Notes under the pieces: model-generated
Database searches by the model: none
What the model was told of the DNA's origin: nothing
What the model saw: only the letters and a program-made list of their open reading frames with translations
Part shown: positions 1 through 9,232 of the stretch, one piece after another
How the letters are laid out: every line of letters starts with the position of its first letter
Numbering within the stretch: the first letter of the stretch is position 1
NCBI GenBank assembly: GCA_051942205.1
Contig: JAVECO010000050.1
Coordinates: 109,538-129,537, forward strand
Direction: 5' to 3'
DNA: 20,000 bases
From: Coniocarpon cinnabarinum
Lineage: Eukaryota
Translations under genes and position numbers: made by a program

Positions 1-1239
1 ATCACCTGTGTTATCATACTCCTCGTGATCACTGAGTTGCTCCTCTTGAGATCCCTGAACAACGGCAGACAGACCTTTGCCCTCATTAGATGCGTTCCGA
101 AGATACTGAAATCTAGAATAGAATTTGCTCTCGACTGTGAGTTTAAGGCTGAAGGCATCTGGTGCGAAATTGCCGTCGTTGCCCGAAAGCTTTACGTAAA
201 GATCAACAAAGCTCAGTAGGCAGCATCCGGCCTCAGCAGAAAATGCAGATTCCTCATTGATTTTCATGTCCAGATCAGGGAATTCAAGGCCTAATAATGA
301 CGCGTCGGGAATTGCCTGGCCAAACTTATCTCTGAATGCATCAAAAACAGATCGAACAGGTTTTTCAATGAGCGTACGATCTTCTAAAAGGAATCCAGTG
401 GTCGTATCAAGGGTGTCTTCAAGTGGAAACAAATTATTATCAACACCTGCAAAATGAAGTGAGAGTGGAATGGCAAGAAGGTGGGTCTTTTCCATAGAGT
501 GAGGAGGGGACTGGTCACGTTGTTGCTGAGCAACATCTCTACGGTGAGTGGCATCTTCATCTGAATGCTGAAGTGGCAAATGACTATCGTCTGCATTGTC
601 TCTGCCGATATTGGTGTGAAGATCTTCAGAATGTTGAGTATGGTGATCGCGTTCATAATCTTCAGGTCCGTGCGAGCCACTGTCCGCAGGCACCTCTTCT
701 TTCTCCTTGACAGATTGTTGCTGCTCGCCAGGTTCAAATGTGCTCTCAGGCTCTGAATTCCTTGGAAGATGACCAGCTGAGTAGTCGTCGAGCTTTTGCG
801 AGTCAAGAGGCGGCGTGAGATTAGAAGCACCTCTATCTTCGACCAGGCTACGGTCTTGTATGAGCGTTGGGGTTTCCGTAGTTCGTTGAGGCTCGAAAAC
901 GGACACAGGGGCAAATGACGGCGGATCGTCCTCTGGTGGGAGGTCGGTCACATCAACATCTTCAGCAATATCATCTTCAATATAGTCATCCAACTCTTCA
1001 TCTGCTGAGTTCAGAACATCGTCATCGTACTGATTGTGATCATTCATGTCATCATCTTCGTCTTTGATGGACTCAAAGCCTTGGTCATCATCCATCGCCT
1101 GGTCCTGTTCCTCAACAGGATCCACGTCGCCAAGATCAATCTCAATATCCCCGTCCAGATGCTGACCGGTGTCGGAGGCGATCTCCATGTCGTCGGCAAC
1201 CGATCCCCCGCCATGCGGGTGCAGCGAGGTGTTCGACAT
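1..1239 (-). CDS. Acidic DUF2420 (Rmr1-like) family protein, 3'-truncated by the window edge
   Basis: Stop-free minus-strand frame from ATG at 1239 (MSNTSLHPHGGSVADDMEIASDTGQHLDGDIEIDL...) to position 1. It is missing from the ORF track because its stop lies outside the window. An Asp/Glu-rich N-terminus is followed by LFPLED..FLLEDRTLIEKPVRSVFDAFRDKFG..LEFPDLDMKINEES..LLSFVDLYVKLSGNDG..LKLTVESKFYSRFQYLRNASNEGKGLSAV, which resembles the fungal DUF2420 domain. A minus-strand CTAAC..CAG acceptor ending at 1309 suggests an upstream (5'UTR) intron. Confidence 0.75.
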   Translation of the reverse strand, partial: MSNTSLHPHGGGSVADDMEIASDTGQHLDGDIEIDLGDVDPVEEQDQAMDDDQGFESIKDEDDDMNDHNQYDDDVLNSADEELDDYIEDDIAEDVDVTDLPPEDDPPSFAPVSVFEPQRTTETPTLIQDRSLVEDRGASNLTPPLDSQKLDDYSAGHLPRNSEPESTFEPGEQQQSVKEKEEVPADSGSHGPEDYERDHHTQHSEDLHTNIGRDNADDSHLPLQHSDEDATHRRDVAQQQRDQSPPHSMEKTHLLAIPLSLHFAGVDNNLFPLEDTLDTTTGFLLEDRTLIEKPVRSVFDAFRDKFGQAIPDASLLGLEFPDLDMKINEESAFSAEAGCCLLSFVDLYVKLSGNDGNFAPDAFSLKLTVESKFYSRFQYLRNASNEGKGLSAVVQGSQEEQLSDHEEYDNTGD

Positions 1240-2018
1240 GTGGAATGCGACAACCAGGGACGGCACCCTGTAAGTCGCAGCGAGCAAGAAGTGAGAAGCT
1301 GGCAAGAGCTGTGTTAGTGGGTTAGTATGCAGACGCTACCTCTGAAATTTGATGAACAAAGAAAGCGGGCGTCGTCAAGGTCGAGAAGATCGACATCTAA
1401 GACTTCCGGGGCGTCTATTGAGTTAGAGAACTATCAGCAGCAAAAGGCTGCATGCGCGGTTGGTTAGGAAGCGTGCAGAGCATCTCCAAAGACGCAAATT
1501 ACGAGCTTAGAGTAAAGCAAGCGGTGGGTTGAGATCAAGCAACTTGCAGGTGAATTTGTGAAAGAAAGAGAGGAACGCGGACTGCCGCAAGCGACGTAAC
1601 GTGATTGAGAAGCTCAGACAGACGAGGGTATAACCCTGAAGGGGCAAATGATTTCATTCCGGGATCACGTGCAACACAGTAGGCTGCGTCTGCCTATTTT
1701 TGATTGCATGACTGCATCGAAGGCGCAGAGCCAGAGATGATGCTGAGAACACCTGCTATTAGGGTCCCATAGGGTCCCAGCATTGACACGAACTTGTGTG
1801 GACGAAGCGAGGCGAGGCTCGCGCCGGCACAGCAGCATGAGCTTCCATGTGTTCGGAGGCTGGAGAGTTCGAGATGGGGCCCTAATAATTGTGTGCAGGT
1901 GCCTGACAATGGATTGTGGCGCAGCAGCTGTCAACGACAGGGGTGGCACGGTTCACCCGCATGGCGGCTATACAGAACTGCCGAGAACAGACAAAGGCGC
2001 GCGATCTATGCGGTTCGA

Positions 2019-2053
2019 GCTGGAGGCTGGAGGCTGGAGGCTGGAGGCTGGAG
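2019..2053 (+). repeat. Tandem heptamer repeat (GCTGGAG)x5
   Basis: Five perfect copies in the divergent intergenic region between the DUF2420-like gene and PBS2. Confidence 0.95.
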
Positions 2054-2564
2054 CACGGACGCAGTGTGAAGAACGAATTGATGGAGGGTTGGACGATCAG
2101 TGATGCCCCACGGCCTTGATCAATTGCTAGCCCAAGTGCCCACTCGTTAATTACTTGGTGTGCCTGTTTCATCGCTCTCGACCACCTACCTACCTTTTGA
2201 ACCTACCTGCACGCCCTTCCATCCTCGCTCCCTCTTTCCTCTTCCACCTCCTTCTCTGTCGTCCATCCTTCGCCGATCTCCTTCTCTTCTTCCATGGTCT
2301 TTTCCCCTCCTGCGTCCACTCGTCTTGACTCTGTATCAGCTTCCGCAAGTCTGCCCCCATCCGGCACCATCGGCGACCTGGCTATAGCCCTCAGAGGCGT
2401 CTGACTCATGGATTGATTGTCCTGCTTTCCTGGCCTGTACGGCTGTCTTTCAAAGCCTTGGTCCAGGCCCAGCCTGCGCAGCCCCTCCTCCCACACTTGT
2501 CCAAGCCGGCATTCGGCATCTCTCCCAACGTGACGGAAGCACCCGCCGCTATTTCGACTCGAGC

Positions 2565-4595
2565 ATGAGCTCTCCGCTCAATGGGCAGCAGAATGCGGTC
2601 GAGCAGGACTCAGATCCGGAGTCTCCGGGCTCCCCCAATTCAACAGCGTCCACTCCGTCGCCTTTGCTAGAAAGCCCGCCTTCGGTTGCCCCCTCGAATT
2701 CGCAGTCTGCCCAGCCTCCCTCGCAGTTCACCTCCAATATGACCACCTCGTCGACACCGTTAGGCAATGTCAATGCGGCAAGGCGGCCGCCTGCCCCACA
2801 GGCCACCATGTCCAACAGGGGCGCTCTGCCTCAAGATTTACAAGCGCGTATGAAGGCGTTCCATCTCGGAAGACAGGGAACGCCAGCAGCTTCGGCGAGA
2901 TCGCCACAACCCCAGACTACTCAGCCTCCACCACCTTCTCAAAATATTCCGGCGCCTACTCAGGGCGTTGGCGGTGTTCCTGCAAGTTTCGGTGCAGCAT
3001 CGCGACCTGGCGTACCAGCTTCCAACTCCTCGCCGGCTGTTCCTGGTAGCTCAGGACCTAAGAAGTCCTTGGCGGAGAAGAGGAACATGGCTTTGCCCGG
3101 TGGGCTTCCAGGTGCCGCGCGGCCGGCAGGTGCGGGCCCCGCAGCGCGCAAAGGCCCTGGTTTGAAGCTTTCCGATATGGCTGGAGGCAGCGGTCCCAGC
3201 GACTCAGGTGCGCAAGATAAGGGGACCAACTCAAGCTCGGCCACTGGGTCGTTGATGGACAAGTACTCAGACTTCATCGACAAGAACACCGGCGCTTTGA
3301 AGTTCAAAGGCAAAGCTACTTTAACTCCTCAAGGGGTTCGATTTGAAGACTCTGGCAGCACCTTCAACATTTCCCTTGACGAGGTCGACACCTTGGATGA
3401 GCTTGGCAAGGGCAATTACGGTACTGTGTACAAGGTTCGTCACAGCAGACCACGGATGAGACGGCCAGGCTTGGGTCTTGCAGGCAACAAACAGAGTGGG
3501 CCTGCTCCACTAGCATCGCAAATGAGCAGCGGCACGACGGATCCGAGCGAGCCCATGGCGGCGACCAAGGACGGAACGTCCGGTGTTGTGATGGCCATGA
3601 AAGAAATTCGGCTGGAACTCGATGACTCCAAGTTTGCGGCGATTATTATGGAGCTCGACATTCTGCACCGCTGCATCTCGCCATTCATTGTGGACTTCTA
3701 CGGCGCGTTCTTCCAGGAAGGCGCGGTATACATTTGCATGGAGTTCATGGATGGTGGATCAATAGACAAGCTGTATGGCGATGGTATCCCTGAGCCTATT
3801 CTGAGGAAGATTACGTTGTCTACGACTATGGGTCTCAAATCGCTCAAAGATGACCATAACATCATACATCGTGACGTGAAACCTACTAACATCTTAGTCA
3901 ACTCCAAAGGCCAGATCAAAATATGTGATTTTGGTGTGAGTGGCAACCTGGTTGCAAGCATTGCAAAGACCAACATTGGATGTCAGAGCTACATGGCTCC
4001 AGAACGGATAAAAAGCGGCGGCGTCGCTCAGGCAGGCGCCGGCCCAGCTGGTGGCACCTACAGTGTACAGAGTGATATTTGGAGCTTGGGTCTTACCATT
4101 ATCGAATGCGCACTGGGCCAGTATCCATACCCTCCGGAGACTTACGACAATATTTTCAGCCAGCTCAGTGTATGTATTCAGCGTCAGACCCTACAAACGT
4201 CTTGCGCATGATGTTAACAAAGTGCCTAGGCGATTGTGGACGGCGATCCGCCTGACTTGCCCAGTGAAAGCTTTTCAGACGCTGCACATGACTTTGTCCG
4301 AGGCTGTCTCAACAAGATACCCAGGCTGAGACCTACTTATCAACTGCTCCTACAGCATGCTTGGCTAGCACCTCTCCTGAAGCCTCCGACTATTTCCGAA
4401 GAGGACGAGGAAGCCGCTGAAATGTCCCAGCAAACAAGCACTGGAGCCAACGAGCTGACATCATCCACAGCTGACAGAGAGGTCGCACAGTGGATGGCGG
4501 AGGCTCTCGAACGTCGCCGAAACGGAACGATGGGAAAGAAAGCTAAACCTGCGCTTCATGCAGCTCCGCTCGACGCAGTCCCCAGTCCAGCGTGA
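2565..4595 (+). CDS. PBS2: MAP kinase kinase of the HOG pathway (Pbs2/PbsB/OS-5). Exons 2565-4169 and 4230-4595, about 656 aa
   Basis: Kinase motifs LGKGNYGTV, MAMKEIRLEL, HRDVKPTN, DFG and activation loop NLVASIAKTNIGCQSYMAPERI. The intron 4170-4229 (GTATGT..TAG) joins NIFSQLS|AIVDGDPPDLP. The C-terminus KPALHAAPLD and the long Pro/Ser-rich N-terminus are typical. Confidence 0.96.
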
Positions 4596-4983
4596 GTGAA
4601 CATCATCAGGCAAAGTTCGACAACCACGTTCTCTTTTTTCAAGCCCAGTCTGCCTATTCCAATCAGCTTGAGGGGTCCTAAAATATCTTTGTAATCTAGC
4701 TAGAGAAGTTATACTTCGTACGAGAGACGAAAAATAGACAGGCGCATGAGCAGGGTGGTGTTTCGTGACTTCATCGATCTTGAACATGCGCGCTATCCGT
4801 CGCACGTACTCCCCAGCCCGTAGCATCTTCCTCCTTTTCGTTCAGTCGTCACTGTACGCGCAACTTGCAGACCAGCTTAATGAGAGCAACCATGCAGCAG
4901 CAATGCCACAGATTATCCTTCGAGACGGTGTGAATCGCCTAATTACCCGTCCCTAGTCGCTACGCTCCTGACCTGGTTGTTAC

Positions 4984-6093
4984 ATGATGCCATTAGAAGT
5001 GATCTATGTCGTGAGACATGCTGTAAGTTCAAGCTACAGACAAGATACTTGCTCTCAGTATCGAGTGTGATGCCATGCGGAAAGCAGGACTGATTGTTTT
5101 AGCACCGCCTCCATTGGACAGTTGACCCTGCTTCAGGCACATACAGCAGCAACACGCCTACTCCGACTGGGATTCCGGCGGACGTGCAGCTTGCTAGCTA
5201 TGGCGTGGCTCAGTCACATGAGCTTGCGAGAAAAGTGAAAAGCTTGTCACCAGGCCCGGATGTGGTGTACAGCTCGCCTTGGTATCGATGCTTGCAGACC
5301 ATCCATCCCAGCGTGAAAGAACTAAGTAAGCAAGGAATGCGAATCAGTAAAGTTCGCGCAGAAGCAGGCATAGGGTGTGTCCAACACTTCCAAGCTTCAA
5401 CATGGATTGGGATGAGGGACCAAGGAGACCTCAAGTGCAACTCATGCTAACATCTCCAGCGAGTTTTTTGGGACCGCGCGCTTTATGCATCCGTCTCCAG
5501 CCGAAATGGCAGACTTGACTCGGCATTTCAGTTTTATAGATGCTTCATACGGGTCCCATATCTGTCCGTCTCGAAACGGAGAGACGCTAGAGGATCTTCA
5601 TGATCGTTACGCGTACGCGCTTCACCGTTTGATCCAAACGCTTGACGATGATCCATGTCAACCGCGCGCAGCGCTGCTGTGTACGCATGCCGCAGGCATG
5701 ATATGCGCTGGCCGTGTGCTCACCGGTCAAATGCCTGCAGACCCGACTGAAGAAGACTTCAGGTGTGGAACTTGCGCACTGAGTCGTTTTGAACGACTGT
5801 CGTTTGAAGCCACGTCAAACGAAGGGGTCGAAATCTGGAATTCGTCAGAACCGAACAAGGTTCCTAAAGTCCCTTGGTGGCACAATGGGGGATTAGCTGG
5901 AGGATGGCAGTGCACTGTGAATGGGGACTGCGATTTTTTGAGCGGCGGCGAAGAACGGACTTGGTAAGTCTAATCATCATGCTCTTGGTGGACTGGCATT
6001 TGACTGTGCTAAAAATGTCTCACATATAGGCATTTCACGGGCGACGAGAGCTTCATACAGGATCGACAGTCGTTACCTTCTGGTAAGCTGTGA
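4984..6093 (+). CDS. Histidine phosphatase / phosphoglycerate mutase-like protein (Tfc7/tau55-like). Exons 4984-5022, 5103-5374, 5460-5963, 6030-6093, about 292 aa
   Basis: Spliced product MMPLEVIYVVRHA|HRLHWTVDPASGTYSSNTPTPTGIPAD..VYSSPWYRCLQT..GIG|EFFG..LLCTHAAGMI..VNGDCDFLSGGEERTW|HFTGDESF..SGKL*. It carries an RHx catalytic motif, the SSPxxRCxQT motif and a second His. All three introns are GT..AG with branch-like sites and preserve the frame. Confidence 0.88.
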
Positions 6094-6660
6094 GGCTGCT
6101 GCAGGCAAGATTATCGAGATGTGCCAGATCATGCAGCACGAAAAGGGGGTGCTCTTGCGTGATAGCTAAGATGGACCAGTCCCATGCCTTGTAAATGTAA
6201 TCACAGTGCATACAGCCGGTACCCATGAGGAACTATGCTGATGCAACGAGCGGGCCCAGGGAGACCAACATCACTTGCCCCGTAGCACATCCGCCTGGAA
6301 CTCGTCCTTGGACGCCACATTTTCCGATCTCCGGAACCGCCAGTGGGACGGGAGTATGCGGCATCAGTCGAGCACAGTTCAGCTGGCTTGCACAGAGTTC
6401 AAGACTGCCTTTGAAGGCGACGTCATGTGCATGGCAAATACGTGGTGGGGCATGCATGGCGGAAAAATGCAGCAGCGATGGCCTCGTCTCTCCTCCAACC
6501 AGTGCTGCAACGAGCGACACACGACTCACGCCTGCCGCATTAAGTCTGTCAGGTACATGGTACCTCACCACCCATCACAACCGTCCGCTCAAAACTTCAA
6601 TGTCGTCTGAGAGCATACCCGCGCTTGTCGAAAATCTCTCTGGCTCTGGCAGACGGCATT

Positions 6661-6665
6661 TATAA
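6661..6665 (+). promoter_or_regulatory. Probable TATA box of the sulfotransferase-like gene
   Basis: TATAA (within TTTATAAG) lies about 160 bp upstream of the ATG at 6822. Confidence 0.45.
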
Positions 6666-6821
6666 GGGGACACGCTGCAGTCCTCCTCCAAAACTCCTAA
6701 TCGGCAGTTCGGTGCATTTGGCTGCACCACTCTACGACAGGCCATTGTGTTCCCACCCAAGCATGCTGCGGTCTATTATACCGCATTATAGTTCACTCGA
6801 TACACGAATCGCTCGTCAATC

Positions 6822-8335
6822 ATGTCTGAAAAGCCAATCTTTGTTGCAACCCATCCAAGGGCCTGTTCCACCGCTTTTGAAAGGGTGAGACTTGCAAATG
6901 GTACAAGGGGCCGTTTTTTGACCGGGTTCAGGTGTTCATGACTCGTAGGGACGACATCCAATGCGTCCACGAACCTTTTGGCGATGCATACTATTTTGGT
7001 CCCGAGCGTCTGGCTCATCGTTTTGGGAATGATGAAGCCGCCAGGAAAGAAAGCGGCTTTGCGGACTCGACCTTCAAGACCATTATGGATACCATCAATC
7101 GAGAGAATCATCAGGTGTGATTCCACTCTTCGTCTCATACGTACCCAGCCTCCTTGAACGCTTCTGAAATATCGCTTTGATTGAAAGGCGCGTGATGAGA
7201 TTCCCAAAGCAAGATGCAAAGAGGAGGCGGAAGCGTCTCAACCCTGCAAAGCTCGTGCGTGGCTTGCAGTACAAGCTACCGATTGGGACAAGATCTCAGG
7301 GCAACATTGCAGGCATTAGTTGGGGCGGCTTAGTCATGCAATCCTTGTCGGTGGTGTTGGCTAACAACGACCCAGGACAAGCGAGTGCTCATCAAGGACA
7401 TGGCACAATACTTTATGCCACCCAGCGGAGCACCAGTCTCCATTGCGCCATCACTTGCATTTCCTCGACGAGGAATCGGCACCCATGAGAATGGTTCAAC
7501 ACCCAACGGTCAACGCCGCCGGAGCAGCCTGAAAACCCAAGCTGAAGTCTTCGGAGGCGTTGAACCCCCTCCAGGAGCTCCATATGCAACATACGCGGAG
7601 CCTAGTAATCCCACAGTAGTGCCTTTGGATCTCCTGGAGCAGTTCCACTTTGCCTTCCTAATCCGAAATCCACGAGCGGGAGTTCCCAGCTATTATCGTT
7701 GCTGCGTACCACCGCTAGACGCCGTGACAGGTTTCCAGGGCTTTCGGAATGACGAGGCTGGCTATGTGGAGCTCCGCCGATTGTTCGACTTTCTCCGGCA
7801 TCAAGGAGCTATTGGTCCAGGGCTCGCGGGGAAGTCGGAAACTTGCAATGGCGTCAATGGCGTGCAAAATGGCGCAACCGGTATCGATGGCCAGGATCAC
7901 ACGACCGGATTCCAGATCTGTGTCATTGATGCAGATGACTTACTCGACAAACCTGCTACAGTGATTGAAGCTTTCTGCAAGAGTGTTGGCATCGATTTTC
8001 ATCCTGACATGCTCAACTGGGATTCTTCGGAAGAGGAGGCATTTGCTGCCAAATTTTTTGAGAAGTGGAAGGGTTTCCATGAGGATGCCATCCAATCTAG
8101 AGATTTGAAGCCTAGAGGCCATGTAAGTCCACCAGCCGAATCACGCTCGAACCTCTCTCCACTGGACGACTCGGCTGCCAACTGACTGGTATAGAAACGG
8201 ATTAAATCCGTGGATGATGACTACCTTGAGTGGATCACCAAATATGGTCGGGAAGGCGCCGATGCCATTCGTCAAGCTGTGGATGAGAACATGGAGCATT
8301 ATCGATACCTGAAGCAATTTGCGCTGAAGGTTTGA
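6822..8335 (+). CDS. Sulfotransferase-like P-loop protein (homologous to the N-terminal domain of BCAT-like proteins). Exons 6822-6884, 6932-7114, 7376-8122, 8195-8335, about 377 aa
   Basis: Spliced product MSEKPIFVATHPRACSTAFER|VFMTRRDDIQCVHEPFGDAYYFGPERL..NHQ|DKRVLIKDMAQY..HFAFLIRNPRAGVPSYYRC..ICVIDADDLLDKP..FCKSVGIDFHPDMLNW..KWKGFHEDAIQS..GH|KRIK..YLKQFALKV*. PRACST and LIRNP resemble the 5'PSB and 3'PB motifs. All introns are phase 0 and GT..AG. Confidence 0.87.
7196..7298 (+). ncRNA. Candidate structured intronic RNA element (three-way junction) in intron 2 of the sulfotransferase-like gene
   Basis: Hand-derived pairings: TGAGAT 7196-7201 with ATCTCA 7293-7298; TCCCAA 7202-7207 with TTGGGA 7283-7288; GAGGCG 7224-7229 with CGTCTC 7234-7239; CTGCAA-GCT 7244-7253 with GGCTTGCAG 7261-7269. 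The host intron is 261 nt, whereas the gene's other introns are 47 and 72 nt. Confidence 0.45.
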
Positions 8336-8392
8336 AGATAAAATGCAGGTAGACCGGAGGCACTCTAAAGAAGCGCCAGTCGTTTACAGTGG

Positions 8393-9232
8393 CTAGCGAA
8401 GCTGGCCAGTTAAGCCAGCGCCGAAGCCCTTCTTGCCTGAGCCACTGGGCTCAGTCTTTCGCATCGGATTCTCGCGTTCCCATCTCTCGTCGTCTTCCCA
8501 TCTCTCTACAGCCGTGTCTACGTCGTCCTTGGCGTTCCGCAAGTACACTTCAGCTATGCCATAGTCGGCACACTTTGTACGAATCATGAAGCGCCTTAAA
8601 CGCGCTTTCTGCTGGCGTTCCTCTTCGCTCTCTACTGGCTCTGCGGATAACGACGGCCCTTGGTAGTGGGGAGCCGGAATGAAGATTTCGTGTCGAGCAG
8701 AGAGCAAGTGATCGCTATACAAATTGTTGTGAGATCGTAAGACTTGCAAAGGTACTCGATATGCCAAAGAGATGGACGTCATCGTATCATTGGGCCGAAG
8801 ATAGTGTATCGTGTCTTCTCCAACGCCAACCCCAGAACCTGACTGCGCTTGACGGGCACCGTTGACATTACTGGATTCATTCGTTTCGGAATAGGCCGGT
8901 GGCTGTTCTGACTCGTCTTGCTCGTCATCGTCTGCATCTTGCAGTCGCTGTTGCTTCATGTCTTCCAACCGCTTCCGCTCCTTCTCTTGCGACGCCAGTT
9001 GTGCCTCCTCATATCCCGGTGGATCTCGCAGTCCTTGCGGGAGACTCGTCGGCTCGCTGCTGATTTGACAAAAGGGACAATAGCTCTGGAACCGGGTGTT
9101 CTTGGATTGACACGACCCACAGATTGTACGGTCGCAACATGGCGTCTGGCGTGGCGGAGGGACCTTCTTCTCCGAGAAGTTGTCGGTGACAGGCTGCGCG
9201 CAGGTCGAACATGAGGTTGGTGCTGAGGCCAT
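8393..9232 (-). CDS. Intracellular LysM (CBM50) protein with an N-terminal RING-like Zn finger, PPxY motifs and a C-terminal UBA-like domain, 279 aa, single exon
   Basis: ATG at 9232 (MASAPTSCSTC). The eight-Cys pattern is CSTC..CCDRTICGSC..CPFC. PPGY and PPAY motifs follow. The LysM segment is IHYLRPNDTMTSISLAYRVPLQVLRSHNNLYSDHLLSARHEIFIP and the UBA-like segment is KCADYGIAEVYLRNAKDDVDTAVERW. No signal peptide is present. Confidence 0.85.
   Translation of the reverse strand: MASAPTSCSTCAQPVTDNFSEKKVPPPRQTPCCDRTICGSCQSKNTRFQSYCPFCQISSEPTSLPQGLRDPPGYEEAQLASQEKERKRLEDMKQQRLQDADDDEQDESEQPPAYSETNESSNVNGARQAQSGSGVGVGEDTIHYLRPNDTMTSISLAYRVPLQVLRSHNNLYSDHLLSARHEIFIPAPHYQGPSLSAEPVESEEERQQKARLRRFMIRTKCADYGIAEVYLRNAKDDVDTAVERWEDDERWERENPMRKTEPSGSGKKGFGAGLTGQLR

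Noticed and set aside
384..914. 176-aa minus-strand ORF in the track
   Set aside because: It is an alternative-frame shadow of the real DUF2420-like frame (1239 to <1).
2012..2022. GGTTCGA B-box-like sequence suggesting a tRNA
   Set aside because: No cloverleaf, T-stem or A box; it runs directly into the heptamer repeat.
4592..4666. GTGAGT overlapping the PBS2 stop codon as a possible extra intron donor extending the C-terminus
   Set aside because: No clear CTRAC branch point precedes the downstream AGs. The simple stop at 4595 was kept; transcript data are needed to exclude the alternative.
6225..6665. Overlapping 111-146 aa ORFs on both strands
   Set aside because: No recognisable motifs or splice structure. 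The region is best explained as terminator/promoter DNA.
7192..7198. Perfect box C (GTGATGA) in the long intron, suggesting a C/D snoRNA
   Set aside because: No box D (CTGA) occurs downstream within the intron; the only CTGA (7164) is upstream.
7196..7310. TPP, glycine or SAM riboswitch, or HDV ribozyme, identity for the intronic structure
   Set aside because: The TPP CTGAGA and GATNNNGNTAAT motifs are absent. The ACCGA..CTCAGG and GGGCAAC resemblances are only a few nucleotides long and lack the required helical context.
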